A stretch of DNA of 62,962 nt, filler included, from Rhabdomonas costata (GCA_019059605.1; 52 parts of 52 records of this genome joined end to end with filler, not necessarily neighbours in it), one strand, 5' to 3'; positions 35,369 to 48,080 are shown, counted from the first letter of the whole stretch. Translations and numbers: made by a program. The notes: generated from the sequence alone by a model not told the origin.

Positions 35369-36076
35369 GTGGTCAAATGCAAGCAATCCAAGACTGACAA
35401 AGTCAGCCACAAATCCCACAACTACTACGTTTGTCACCACCCCTCACCTTACCAAGCGTCCCACTCCACTGTATCAACGCCTAATCCGCAACACATTCAG
35501 ACTAAATTGATGACAACTCCAGTGGTCAAGAAACCGGTTATTCCAACAGTCGTAACTCTACCTGAAGCCACGTCACCGGAACCAAATCCAATGGCAATGG
35601 ACCCCATTCCATTTGATCCCTCCCAACTCCTACCGATGAACATGGTGGAAGATCCAGAATCAACACCCCACCAACCACCAAGCCCACAATTCAGCGCACT
35701 TAACTACAGAAGTCACTATTTCAACCTAATGGAAAACACACCACCACAAACGCATCAGCCCAACCAAATTTTGGCCTTTTGGAAACTCTGCACGAACGCC
35801 TTACTGCTCAAAAACGGACGCATCTCGCGGACTGCAAGTGTTACAACCTTTCCAAACACTTGCTTTCGCTCTTTATATCAGATGATACAAGATAATGACA
35901 CCATACAACACCTTCCAGGCCACCGTGGGCCCTGCAGTTTACCGCAGTGGCGTAAACTTTGGTCGTCTAAAACGGGTCTTTTAAACCCAACAGAAATTCA
36001 GGATGACTTCGATCTCTTCCTGAATTACGCCCACACTGTGACGGTCCAGCTGCAACAAGCCAGATGCAACAGGTAG
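35369..36076 (+). mobile_element. Intronless A/C-rich ORF, possibly a retroelement ORF1 remnant
   Basis: 235-codon ORF with Pro/Thr-rich N-terminal half and codon style unlike the GC3-rich host exons. No family motif recognised. Confidence 0.3.
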
Positions 36077-38044
36077 AAGATGCCTCGCAAAACCTCATCC
36101 AACAGATGTACACCAGGAGCTGGACCATTGCGGTGGATTAGCCACCTCTAACTCAATTACATCCATATCTAACACTTTTGCAAAACACCACTGCAACCTC
36201 ACTCCCCACGACTGGAGTTACCTTCACAACGGTCCGGACGCTCCGCACACACTTTTTGACGTCCATATTCCACCCATTTCCCAACCCACNNNNNNNNNNN
36301 NNNNNNNNNNNNNNNNNNNNNNNNNNNNNNNNNTTAATTAATTAANNNNNNNNNNNNNNNNNNNNNNNNNNNNNNNNNNNNNNNNNNNNGTTTTGTGGTA
36401 CGGAGTTATTTCAAACAAACCCACCTGCATGTCTTCTTTTTATGCCAAATAACACTCATTTGCGTTTTACCATCTAATTATGTGCCATCTCGGCAATGCC
36501 AAGCAGTCATGGAAAGGTTTACAATCGGCGACTAGTGGACCAACAAACTGTAGCATTCCTTCTAAATACACTGCTAGTATGTGATACCCGTAAACTTTTC
36601 AGACTCTAAAGCAACTTCAAGATTAAAATGGACCATTCAGATACCACAACTTATTTGCTGGCAGGCAGCCTCTTTATCAGTGTTTCGAGTTTGGCAACTC
36701 AAGAGCAAAGGCATTAAAATGTGACAAAATATCATAATGTATGCACGCGAAATTCATACAAACACAACACCACTAAAAGTAATTAAATAACGAACCATAT
36801 AAAACGGCTTTCTATCTATAAGCGGCTAAATTATGCGGTGTTTCTTTGAAATTTAAAAAACAAATGTAATCAAAAACCGCCCGAAATATCCGTTAGCACA
36901 AAAAATCCGACAAACGGGTTACGCATTTGATCCATGCATTTTTGATATTCTTTTTGACATCTTGGGTTGTACATTTGGCTTTCATGATCTAGATTTTTAT
37001 CGCTGTTTGTACTGGTCTGGTTTTCACCGTTGCCAAATGTTACTAAAGCGTTTTCTTCGTCATCAACACAATTTATTTCATCAATCTTGCATCACGAACT
37101 CCGCAGAAGTCAAGAACATCATCCACTAGCAATAACGGCAGTTTCCGACATCCTAGAAGACAGGATCCAACAATCTGGATTTACAGGATTGCCAGTTGTT
37201 GCTGGAAATTCTACCACACTCAGCCACACAGGTCTCACTCAAAGCATGACATCAACCAACACTCGTGCATCTGCACAAGTACGAACCTCACTTTTCCCGG
37301 TATGACGAGAAACAGTTGCCTTCGTTAGAGATAGGATCATAAAATAAGCATAAGTTTCTCAATATTCATTTGCAGTAGAATGATACGGACACATTTATTG
37401 CATTACAGTTGACACCTGCGACGCTTTGGTCAAGATTTTCCAAGCCTAAATAAAAACCTAGCTTCTGGCATAAATTCACACAGTGCAAATTTCCCCAACA
37501 ACNNNNNNNNNNNNNNNNNNNNNNNNNNNNNNNNNNNNNNNNNNNNTTAATTAATTAANNNNNNNNNNNNNNNNNNNNNNNNNNNNNNNNNNNNNNNNNN
37601 NNGGTGTTTTGTCGCATTTTTTTTTGCCTTATGAGCCGTCCCGATTATTGCTGAAGCGCGTACTTTGCAATGGTTTGCCGCATATATTATTGCTTTTTTC
37701 TTTGCCTGGGGGCGGATAGGCCAAAAGCCGAAAATGGTAACAGCACCCGCCAAAAACCGAAGTCGTCATTCGCGGGAAGCACCGTCAGAAAGAGTGCAAC
37801 AGCAACGGGAGCGAGGGAGAGAGACAGGGAACGTGGGAGAGAGGGCCAGGAGCAGGGTCGGGGGAAAGATGGCCGCGGGGATCAAGTATGGAGCATCCAG
37901 GGAGAACAGAGAGGAGGAGAGGCCGACGGCAGGAAAGGGACCCCGAGACTCCCAGGGGCGAGACATGAAAGCCGAAAGAAGGTGGAAGACGAGCACATGG
38001 GAATCGACAGTACTCGCAGACGCACCAGTACAAGGAGTAAGTGA

Positions 38045-38429
38045 GGCAACCCCGAGGTACAGGCGGTTCAGCGGAAGAGGCCGGGAATAGCCCGCAACGC
38101 AACGGCAACGCCTGTAGATACCGGTGCTGCTTATGCCCGTTCTCCCATCCGAAAGAAAAGCTTCAAGGGTCGTTCCCACAAGAAAAGGCCCCAGCCCCCC
38201 AAGGAAGGAATGTAGAGTCGCAGAGACCTGAGCCGCAATGGAGCATTGCAGGTAGCCGCTGGAAAAGAGCAGCTGCGCGACAATGGCCCGGGACCCGTGG
38301 CGGAAGGGAGGCTACCAAATTTGGACCGTTCGTCGGTGAGCCGGTTTCGGTTTCCCACGGCACCGTTCGCTCCAACGGCACCTCTCGCGAGCACCCGTGG
38401 CCAACAGCGCGTGCGCCGGACCCTTTGCC
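38045..38429 (+). repeat. Dispersed repeat family A, copy 3 (upstream of the PGM exon)
   Basis: Longest copy. Begins GGCAA and ends TTGCC, and is colinear with 18918-19270. Confidence 0.93.
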
Positions 38430-38515
38430 TTGAGTATGAGTCTACATTAGTATCCCCAAGTGTATGGGGAGAGTGAGGAGAATGCTCTTCGGTTCGCTCT
38501 CCCTGTTGCCCGCAG

Positions 38516-38700
38516 GTCTTTGACTTCTCCAAGCTGAAGGCCCTGGTGACCCGGCCTGGTTTCCGGTTTGTCTACGACGCGATGAACGGGGTGGCGGGGC
38601 CCTATGTGCAGCGGATCTTCCAGCAGGAGCTGGGCGCCTCCGCGGAGTGCCTCCTGAACTGTGTCCCCAAGGAGGACTTCGGGGGCGAGCACCCCAACCC
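38516..38700 (+). CDS. PGM: Phosphoglucomutase internal exon
   Basis: VFDFSKLKALV...FVYDAMNGVAGPYVQRIFQQELGA...NCVPKEDFGGEHP, the conserved PGM domain 2 motif. CAG| acceptor at 38515. Confidence 0.95.
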
Positions 38701-39464
38701 CAACCACACTCAACAANNNNNNNNNNNNNNNNNNNNNNNNNNNNNNNNNNNNNNNNNNNNTTAATTAATTAANNNNNNNNNNNNNNNNNNNNNNNNNNNN
38801 NNNNNNNNNNNNNNNNGGGGTGGGTGTGCTCTCGTGTGTGTGTGTGTGTGTGTGAGTACGTGCCTCGGGTTTTTCCGACGCACGCATATTCACAGCAATA
38901 TCAACCACACGGCACATGCAACCTCGTCCCGCCACAGGTCTTCTGTCGTCTTTTCCACTCCCCAGACATGTCTCAAATGTGTGTGGGGAAATATCCACGT
39001 GTGAGAGAGAGAGAGTTGTGTGTAGGGGGTCGGGCTGTTAGTGAGTGGATGAAGGCCCTCTCTCCCCGCGAGGATGAGTGGATCGGTTTCTTAACAACTC
39101 CGGGATTGCATCGCCCCAAAAGCCAACGGATGCTTACCATATACTGCTGATCCTTCTCGCACACTTCGCTGACCCAAACACCCTCTCCAAAGCTGTTCAG
39201 TGCCTTTTGCCCCTCGCTCACACATACACGAGTTTCTGGTCTTCAAGCGTTTTCTGCATTTTCCTTCGAAAAAATGGAATGATGGAAATGCTGCCATGAT
39301 GCTATGCTTTGGCGTTGTCTCGTGATGTGTGTAGTCGGCAGAATGTTAAGGAATGTTAAGGAATGGTGTTGGTGTGGTATTGGTACCGTGTGATATTACA
39401 AGGGACCGTTGGAATTTGTGGGTGATGCGCAACCTGGACCTTCTGCTGTCTACAGTAGCTGACG

Positions 39465-39495
<31 letters not shown>

Positions 39496-39545
39496 TGGGT
39501 GTGGATGTGTGTTTGAGCGCAGTTTTTTTTGGGTGGGGTCCTCAG

Positions 39546-39925
39546 GACCAGCGCATGGCAGGGGCCTCCTCTGCGTGCCAGCACTACAGGTGCTTTGCGC
39601 CTTGAGAATTAGCGTGAATTTCTATTCATGTCATCAAGCATGTGTCCTAGTTGTCCACAAACACCATTACCGCCCCCCAGTCTCCTGTGCTTTTGCGTTG
39701 TTCCCTTCTTCGTGGTCTTTGCCACGCAGTGGGCAGGGCTGGGAAAAAGTGCAACCTGCAAAAAGGCTATTTTTTTTTGCGTTTTTGCCCCGCCCCCTTT
39801 TTGTTGCCTTTTTTTGCATCACATTTTTGGTCTCGCCAATTTGCATTTTTCCCAGCCCTGCAGCGGGTCCCATGATCGTTATGACGTGCTTCAGTGGTAT
39901 CAAGCCTGGGAACTAGTTCACCCCC
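39546..39925 (+). CDS. Two small exons of unknown protein (39546-39589, 39864-contig end)
   Basis: A phase-2 GT-AG join gives DQRMAGASSACQHYSGSHDRYDVLQWYQAWELVH. Confidence 0.45.
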
Positions 39926-40233
39926 AACCNNNNNNNNNNNNNNNNNNNNNNNNNNNNNNNNNNNNNNNNNNNNTTAATTAATTAANNNNNNNNNNNNNNN
40001 NNNNNNNNNNNNNNNNNNNNNNNNNNNNNGGTGGTGGGGCGACAGCTGTCGTTCACATCTTACTCCCACGACACCATCAAGAAACTAACCTGCCGCCTAA
40101 CTAACGAGTGAACGAGTGAACGACAGCTGTCGCCCCTCCATTTCAACAGTCCAACCCTCCATGTGTGCAACTGTTGTGCAAAAGTGTTCATGCGCAATCG
40201 TGCCGCGGGGTGAGGGTGGGGGGCAGCACATAC

Positions 40234-41011
40234 CGTCAGGAGGAGGCCCGTATCCGCCGCCCCGACCCCCGAACGGAGGGAACGCCCCTCGAGGGGCAAA
40301 AGGCTGCGGTGGTAGACCCCGGGGCCCCCGGGGGTACGGGGGAGGAGGCCCTCTGCCCCCCTCCCCAGGTCCAGGGGCAACCTGAACCCACATCCCATAT
40401 CCCACAGACACACGAAAATATGTAGTCGCTTCAAACCGACTTCCAGGGTTGCAGCGAGAAGGCATGGGCAACTCACAAGAGAAGGATTGCAAAAAACACA
40501 ACCTCAACAAGTCGCAGGTCGCGACAACCGATGACGCACCAAGTTCTTACCCCGCAGACACTGGCACATGAGCGCACACAACGCCTTGCTGTCTAGGATG
40601 CACGTGCGACCGTGGGACAGCCCTTCGAATATCACGCAAGGTTTGCAAAAGGTATGCAGGGTGGAGAGAAACGGCCCTACTATACTTAGCGCACCCCCCC
40701 CCGGAGCGGCAGTCAACCCGCCCCGCCGCGCAGCGGCGGCTCGTTCTGCAAAGGAGAAGGTAGAAGACTTTAAGGGGGTTAGAGGGCGATACACGTAAGT
40801 ACAGCTATGCCAGAGAAGCACTTATGAAAGGTGGATGGTGGAAAGCAGCGGGCAGGGAGAGCAAGGGAGAGGGAGGTGCCTGGCGAAGGGTCTGGTAGTC
40901 AAAGAAGGGTTCCATTCGAAACTCCCGGATCGTCGCCTCGGCGAACTCCCGCATGCCGCACCCCACGGCGCTGTTGATCAGCACAAACGATAGTGGATGC
41001 CGGGGCGCGTC
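40234..41011 (-). CDS. Protein with Pro/RGG-rich low-complexity region (exons 41011-40880, 40381-40234, possibly one between)
   Basis: DAPRHPLSFVLINSAVGCGMREFAEATIREFRMEPFFDYQTLRQ and VAPGPGEGGRGPPPPYPRGPRG...FGGRGGGYGPPPD, each after a CAG acceptor. Confidence 0.6.
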
Positions 41012-42128
41012 CTGTGAGCACAACAAACACACTGTCACCAAGAAGCTTCCGGAGGGTGGGGGGGGCATGCTTGTCGTCCACAACATCACCAGCGCAAAAA
41101 CGAAAGGCGAACCACAACGCAGTGAGCGAGGCATGCACAAGANNNNNNNNNNNNNNNNNNNNNNNNNNNNNNNNNNNNNNNNNNNNTTAATTAATTAANN
41201 NNNNNNNNNNNNNNNNNNNNNNNNNNNNNNNNNNNNNNNNNNGTGTTTTTGTTGTCGAAAGACGGTATTGTTCGAAAATATAATTGTCTGAAACAGCAAG
41301 CGAGGGCGAAGCCGAAGCAGGCCTGGGGTCTATACACCAGGTCTCCCGAAACTCTGCGTCCGGTCTTTGGGGTCGTCGGGAACAATCGCGACACACAGGG
41401 TTTACGACAGCAACGCACTCTAAAAGGAACTACCCACGCCGAAAGGGGCTCGGCAACTGGCTCTTGGCCGCCTGCAGCCCACAAAAATCACTGCATTACA
41501 TCACCCCATTTTCAGGGGCGGGTCCACTCATCAGGATGAAGTCTTGCAAGGTCACGCCACCTGCCTGGCCCGCATCAGCTGCCGCGCCACAGCCACCCAT
41601 GCCTCCACAGTCACCTCACGAAACTCCTCCCCAGTTTTCAGCGCCCGCTTCCGAGCCAGCTGCCGCACGAAGCGGTGCCCCGATTGGCACCACGCCCCAA
41701 TTGTCTCCATGACAACAGCACAAATGCCCCAACCCGCTCCTTGCCGCACCAGCCGTCACCGCCGCTTGCGCTGGGCACGAAGGGTGCAGCGGGTGGACGA
41801 CTGAGACGTCCACGGGCGTTGGCACATCACAGAAGGAGGGGAGAAAGAGGTTGGTGGGAACCAGGTTCGTCCCAGGCAGACCGACGCTGGTGCGGCACGG
41901 AAGGCCTGCAGAGCTGGCCAGATCGACAAAAGCATCCGCATCGTGTTGTGCCGTTCGTACAGCCCCATGGCAGCATAGGAGAGAGCGTGATCACCGAGTT
42001 TTTGGTGTTTTTTTAATTTTATACTTTTTCTGTTGAGTTTTGAGTTTTCGACTCTGTGCCTTTTCGCTGTCCATTATTTACTCTTTCTGTGAGCATTTCG
42101 CTTTTTGGATTCCCACTTTTTCTTGCAG

Positions 42129-42282
42129 GGAGTTCGTGTCACAGCGTAGGATTACTATTCGACAGGGCAATGGCTCAAAGGGCTGGCCGGAGCACTCCCC
42201 CTTCAACGCGATCCACGTTGGCGCGGCTGCCCCGAGGCTTCCCCCAGCATTGGTGGAACAGCTGGCCAAACCGGGGAGAATG
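42129..42282 (+). CDS. PCMT1: Protein-L-isoaspartate O-methyltransferase exon
   Basis: [39 protein letters not shown] matches the PIMT GDG..G....[12 protein letters not shown]...P..L..QL..GGR motif. CAG| and |GT boundaries. Confidence 0.93.
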
Positions 42283-42489
42283 GTGCGCATGTGACACTGT
42301 TGCATTATGCTGCTACATTGCTTAAACTCGGAGGTTGACCCAAATGGAGGATGAANNNNNNNNNNNNNNNNNNNNNNNNNNNNNNNNNNNNNNNNNNNNT
42401 TAATTAATTAANNNNNNNNNNNNNNNNNNNNNNNNNNNNNNNNNNNNNNNNNNNNGGCCGTGAGCTGCAAACCGCAGACCGCGTCTTGA

Positions 42490-43568
42490 TTACAAAGGAT
42501 GCATCTGCCTCTCTGCAATAAGCGTCTGAACCCATGCTTGGGTGAACGTCACACTGCTTCCAATGACGTCAAGGTTTCTCAGCGCAGGATGAGCGACGAT
42601 CAAAGCGTTCACTCCAGCATCCGAAACAACTGTTTGGGAAATGCAGATGCTTGTCAAGGCGCGGCAACGAGAAAGCGCCCCTATCCCAGCATCCGAAATG
42701 GCAGAGCACTGCGACAGGTCAAGAGAGGTAAGGCGAACACTGTGCCTGGCGATAGCTTCCACCACACTGTCGGTGAGATCGTTATGAGTCACCGTGAGAG
42801 CCGTTAGGCAAGTGCAATGCCGACAAACGGTGGCTATACCGGCGGAAGTAATCTCAGTGCAGTGGCCGACGTCTAAATGAGACAACTCGAGGCAGCGATG
42901 GGCAACACTGACCAAACCATCGTCCGTCAATTTCTTGCAGTGGGCCAGGATCAGAGAGGAGATGTTCGGGCACCCAACAGCAATCGCACGAAGACCCTCA
43001 TCATCCAATCTGCTCACGTGACTCAAGCTCAAAGCAGTGAGTCGGTGACAGTGCGACCCCAGAGCTTTCGCCGAGATGTTCGAAAGCCCCCCGCACCGAG
43101 AAAAATCGACTTTTGACAAGCGAGATAGGTGGGGCGTCAGATGATCCACGCCACTATCTCGGATGCCAGTGCTGTCAAGCACAAGGGTTTCTTGTGAACT
43201 TGCACCCTCAGCAATCGAACTGATGGCAGAGGAAATTTGCGGAATCTCCGACGCGATTAGCGTGACTAGCGCAGGTCGCGGTGTGCCCGTGATGTCGGAT
43301 ACTCCATTTTTCGTAATCCTGGTTTTGGCCACGTTGACCACTCGCAGGTCAGGCAGAACAGATAAAGACTTCGCGGCGGCATCGGACACTTCGGTGCATC
43401 CGAAAAGATTAATAGTCTGAAGCTTCCCACAACAGAGGGCTATTGCAGAAACGATGTCATCCGTCACGGTTGGAACGCTAGCAAGGGAAAGTTCACGAAG
43501 TTCGACAAGGCGAATACCGGTGGTTAAAGCCTCAAGTCCATCGCGAGTGAGACCGGTACAACGGTCCA
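42490..43568 (-). CDS. Cysteine-containing leucine-rich-repeat protein (FBXL/AMN1-like), 5' truncated
   Basis: More than 325 codons of ~26-aa repeats of the form L..L.L..C..ITD.G...IA..C. The frame is open to the contig edge, with the stop at 42490-42492. Confidence 0.92.
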
Positions 43569-44366
43569 NNNNNNNNNNNNNNNNNNNNNNNNNNNNNNNN
43601 NNNNNNNNNNNNTTAATTAATTAANNNNNNNNNNNNNNNNNNNNNNNNNNNNNNNNNNNNNNNNNNNNTTTTGGGGGAGCAGCCCTTTCCAGTCAATTTG
43701 TGCTCAGAAGGTGTTTTTGCTGCGTCACTGATATGCAAAGTACATGTGCAGGGCTTAAGTGCTTTTCTTTGTATCATTAGAAAGAGAAAGAGAAAGCGCC
43801 CCGCTCTTGCACTCCGACTTCTGAAGAGAAGTGCGAATAAAAAAACGGAAGAGATTAAGGAGGAGCGAAGCACGGCGGAGGGTTTGCCTGTGGGTGAGCA
43901 ACCCAAAAAAAAATAGGAACCACCGTAGTTAAAGCAGCCCGCAGCTGAGCAGCCACAACTCAGGAAAAGGTTGTAAATTTTGTGAGTAGAGCAGAAAATA
44001 ACACCCATACGGTCATATCTGTTCATCACTCGATCGAAAATTGCGCTTCACTTCGTCTGAAATGCTGTTTGCTACGTATTTTTGACATATTGGCAAGTGG
44101 CAATGCAATACTTTAAAAAAACCACTGAAGGTGTAGAACCTTTTCGCCCAGCAGAATATTGAACCACACTTGAGCAGTTTTGAAGCTCATTGCAAAATCT
44201 CTTGGCGTAATTGCAACGCAGAGAACGCACATTCTCACTGTGAACTGTTTGATACCCTTACGGAGTGTTTTTGCTTCCCTTCTTCCCATTGATGGCATTT
44301 TTCTGTGTGTGCTTCTGCCATGTGGTGCTTTCCATTGGTGTTCCACATTTCCCTTTCCTTTTGCAG

Positions 44367-44462
44367 ATCTCGGTCATGTTCGTGCGGATAACTAATTTGG
44401 AAGAGCTTTTGACGGCCAACGCCGTGGAGACTCTGGCATTGTACAACAACTTTATCAACTTG
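44367..44462 (+). CDS. Class III cyclase-like domain, first exon of the catalytic fold (degenerate)
   Basis: ISVMFVRITNLEELL...ETLALYNNFINL resembles VTVMFxDIxGFT.L....E...LLN.YF. TTTTGCAG| and |GT boundaries. Confidence 0.55.
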
Positions 44463-45044
44463 GTGTGGCGCTTTCGAGTTCAATGAAATCTGAGCTGAAA
44501 GGGGTCGAGTGGGAGGTGCGTGAGACCCAGTTTGGTTCTCGATTTCACTCAAAATTCGCCACAGCCGTCGGGAAGCCGTTGCTTCGCGCGTCCAACGACC
44601 CGTCCCGCCCCACCCGTTGGCCATGGTGACGCATTGCGTATTAGCTTGGCTGTGCCAAGGAGAGCGATGGAACACTTCTCTGCTCCAACGTTGATAGCTA
44701 ATATCTGTTGGGTTTCCCGAATTCCTGCAATCTCTGCAAGTTAAGGGATATGCATTGTATAAGAAAGGGGGACGCAAAAAANNNNNNNNNNNNNNNNNNN
44801 NNNNNNNNNNNNNNNNNNNNNNNNNTTAATTAATTAANNNNNNNNNNNNNNNNNNNNNNNNNNNNNNNNNNNNNNNNNNNNGTTGTTGGGGATGGCGTGC
44901 GACAAACGGAAAAAAGAAACCCTTGGGCGGTCGGCGGTTGCAGGTGAGCGGTGGTAATGCAAGGAGATGGAGGCCGCTGCTAAGCGGCCGCAGAAATGAT
45001 GTAAGGACAAGCGCCGGGGCTGATAGGGGGGAGGGAACGCACAC

Positions 45045-45224
45045 CGACTTCGTCGACCACTCCGGCAACGTCAGCGCCGAGGATGCACGGGAACTCCGCG
45101 TCCGTGAAGAGCCCACGCTTGTAGTCCACCGGGTTCAGCCCGGCGTGGCTGACCCGAACCCGGATCTCCCCCGCTTCCGGGCGGGGCACCAGAACTTGGG
45201 CCATCTTCATCTCCGAGATCTTCC
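45045..45224 (-). CDS. MDR-family (quinone oxidoreductase / Zn-ADH-like) oxidoreductase exon
   Basis: VPRPEAGEIRVRVSHAGLNPVDYK...FPCILGADVAGVVDEV matches the GroES-like N-terminal domain motif. Confidence 0.92.
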
Positions 45225-46099
45225 CTGATACACACACAAAAGAAAAAGAGAGAGAAGATCGTGGAGATTTTTATCTGGCATCCCGTATCGGCGGACCCTG
45301 TGGCGCGACATAAGCATCCACTGGGCCCCCTCCCATCAGGAGTTTGCCCCCTCGTCCAGCTTACCAGCAATTACCTCATGGCTCCCTCTGCACCGCCCCC
45401 CTCCTGCGTGCATCGCCAACGCAGCCACGGCAAATGGACCAAAAACGAAACCAACAACCCTTCTGCACTGGTGGTGGTGGGGGAACGATGAGGATACTGG
45501 TGCCGTTGATTCAATGAAAGTAACAGTGACGCGCCATCGCAAAACCCAAGCTGGAGGACTTCAAGAACGATCAGAGGGGTCATGGCTTCCGCCAAATAAT
45601 GCCCTTCGCCCGTCGACCACTCTTTTTTTGCTGCACGAAAGAGTGAAAAAAAAACGCAATCGCTTCGTTTGCCACAACAAAGTCGCCCTCATGAGCAGAC
45701 CCAAAGGGCGCAAAGACACACTGCAGATGGGACAACCAGAGGGAAAGACGCACGTGAAGCCAAAAGGAGAGCGCAACCAATTTGTCACAAGGAGTGTGTT
45801 GATCGTATAGCGCGCTGGCTGATGTCTTGCATCAGAACAGGAAACCCCAAAAATCCGCACCTGGGCCTTCCATCACGAAGGCCTTCATGGTAGGCACATT
45901 CTCCCCAGCCGCCCCCTCAGGGGGCACCCCAGGGCCGCTGTAGCCCTGGCCCATCCTGACACTTGCACTAGCACTCGCTGTTGCTCACAGAAGNNNNNNN
46001 NNNNNNNNNNNNNNNNNNNNNNNNNNNNNNNNNNNNNTTAATTAATTAANNNNNNNNNNNNNNNNNNNNNNNNNNNNNNNNNNNNNNNNNNNNTTTTGG

Positions 46100-46985
46100 G
46101 TGGCGGTGTGCGTACTTCCGGTGCGGCTGTACGAGGGAAGCGTGCTGGACTCCTTTGCCGCGTTGCGACAGAGCATTTTGGTGCAGTCGGACAGAGTGCT
46201 GTCGGTGGTGGAAAAGATTGGGGCCCAGGCGAATGCCAAAGTGCTATTTTCCTTATTTCACCCCTTTTCCCATTCCGGTTGTGGATTTGTTTGGATTTTA
46301 TACTAGGTATTCTTGCGCGCTGGTTTCCAATTGGTTGGAAATTGGGTTAGATTCCAATTCTTGGAAAGAGTGGCCTCTAGCATGCATTTCACCTACTGTG
46401 CTTTCTCCAATTGTCTCCAGCTAACCTGCTGGTAACTCAACAACGGTTTCGGGGGTCCCCCCCGATTTGCACTTGACAGGATTTCAAAGTTGGCCTTTTG
46501 TGTGCGTATTTGCTCGCCTTGTGCCATTTGGATGGGCTTCTGTCGGTAATGCTTACGAGCCGGGCCCAACTTGCATCCCACTCGATGTTTGCTGCTTCCT
46601 TCCCGCCTTCTTTCTCCTTATTTTGGCGTTCTCTTGTGAAGTTTGGACATCCTCTCATATCTGTGGTGACACGGGGTCCCAGATTTTGGTTCATACCTCT
46701 TATGCACAGGTTGGCTCCCTGATGCAGGGCATGCAGCAGCGGGTGCAGGACACCAGCGCCCTCTCTGATAACAACTTCCGCACTGGGGTAGTGGCTTCCT
46801 TGGGTATCGCGGCAGGGATCCTGTGCTTCGCCCTGCTGGTCGCGGTGGGCTTCGGTCTGGCGATTACCCGGCCCCTTCACGCCCTGGCGGCCTACCTGCA
46901 AAGGGTGGCCCGGATGGACGTGACCATGGACACGGGCCTGATGCGGGAGGAGCTGTCATGGCTGATGGAGATCCGGCAGATGCAG
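46100..46985 (+). CDS. Membrane receptor: second TM helix plus HAMP domain (exons ~46100-46228/46240, 46710-46985)
   Basis: GVVASLGIAAGILCFALLVAVGFGLAITRPLHALAAYLQRVARMD...SWLMEIRQMQ is a TM helix followed by HAMP (ITxPLxxL...EIxxM). Donor CAG|GTAAG. Confidence 0.85.
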
Positions 46986-47377
46986 GTAAGCAATCCGGGA
47001 GATCCAAGCTGCACCTCCCTGCCTGTGGTGCAGGAATGACAGATGGAAAGAAGCCGGAAAGGGGGTTGGTGGAGTTGCTCCATCTCTTGTGTGATTGCGG
47101 GCATGGGGCGAGTCAAAAGGAAGACGGGGAACCGGGAAGCCAGGGACCCACGGGCAAAGGTTCAGCACAGAGGGGCAGGAAGAGTACCGGCTAGCACCCC
47201 ACAAANNNNNNNNNNNNNNNNNNNNNNNNNNNNNNNNNNNNNNNNNNNNTTAATTAATTAANNNNNNNNNNNNNNNNNNNNNNNNNNNNNNNNNNNNNNN
47301 NNNNNTGTTTGGGGGTGGTTGGGACAGGGCACGGTAGAGGCAAAAGAACAGGCCCAGAACAGAAGGAGGGCACTGAC

Positions 47378-48080
47378 CCTTCATAGCAAGCTCGGCGCAG
47401 TCCTCTTTCTTGTACTTCGCGTAGACGTTGCCCAGGAGGTGCTCGTTGACGTTGTCACACACGTTCAGCTCCTCAATCTCCCCGTACTTGCTCAGCTCTT
47501 CGAACGTGTCCTCGTAGAACTCCTCAAAGTGCTGCTTGAGGTACCGCTGCAACCATCGAATCACTCGCGCCACTCAGCATTACCCCGTCCATACCCTCAA
47601 AACCAAACCGAATCTCAGCAGAACCAAAGCAGTTCCAGCTGCAATCACAGGCACTGGGACGGCGCGTCGTGAGAGCACAACAAAACCTCGCAGGGGCCAT
47701 TGGCATTAATGCAAAACTTCGGACGATCCATTCTCTCTATTTTTTACTGGGGCGGACCGCAAACTCAGCTGACAATACTAACTCCAGGGAAAGGGAGAAG
47801 TGACCTTTGCTTGACATTTTCTTCCTCGAAATCATTGTCTAATGACCATAGAAACACAATCCAGGCTTCAATTCAAGTGTGGTGAGGAACTTGCGGCTGG
47901 CTGCGAGTCACATGGTCCTGGGGTTACTGTCTATCTCAGAGGGGTGGAGGGGGCCGGACCTTGTCATATTCCACTGGTCTTCCCTCGGCGTCAATCATGG
48001 GGGCGGCGACCGGGTTCAGGTACATGTGGGGGATCAGGATCGTTTGCGAGAGCAGAGGCACATTGTGCAGGCGGGAGCAC
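47378..48080 (-). CDS. U2AF1: Splicing factor U2AF small subunit, two exons (48080-47960, 47546-47378)
   Basis: RCSRLHNVPLLSQTILIPHMYLNP and QHFEEFYEDTFEELSKYGEIEELNVCDNVNEHLLGNVYAKY, joined in phase 0 by a GT-AG intron. Confidence 0.96.

Noticed and set aside
36390..37502. AT-rich contig as possible organellar or foreign DNA
   Set aside because: No ORF with recognisable mitochondrial, plastid or bacterial similarity was found, and stops occur in all frames. It is most simply decayed repeat or intergenic DNA.
38690..38716. A/C-rich 3' ends and G/T-rich 5' ends on most contigs (possible telomere-like or hairpin elements)
   Set aside because: In PGM the expected HPDPNLT codons decay into CACCCCAACCCCAACCACACT, i.e. 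G/T read as A/C. These are low-quality read tails and not biology. No TTAGGG arrays were seen.
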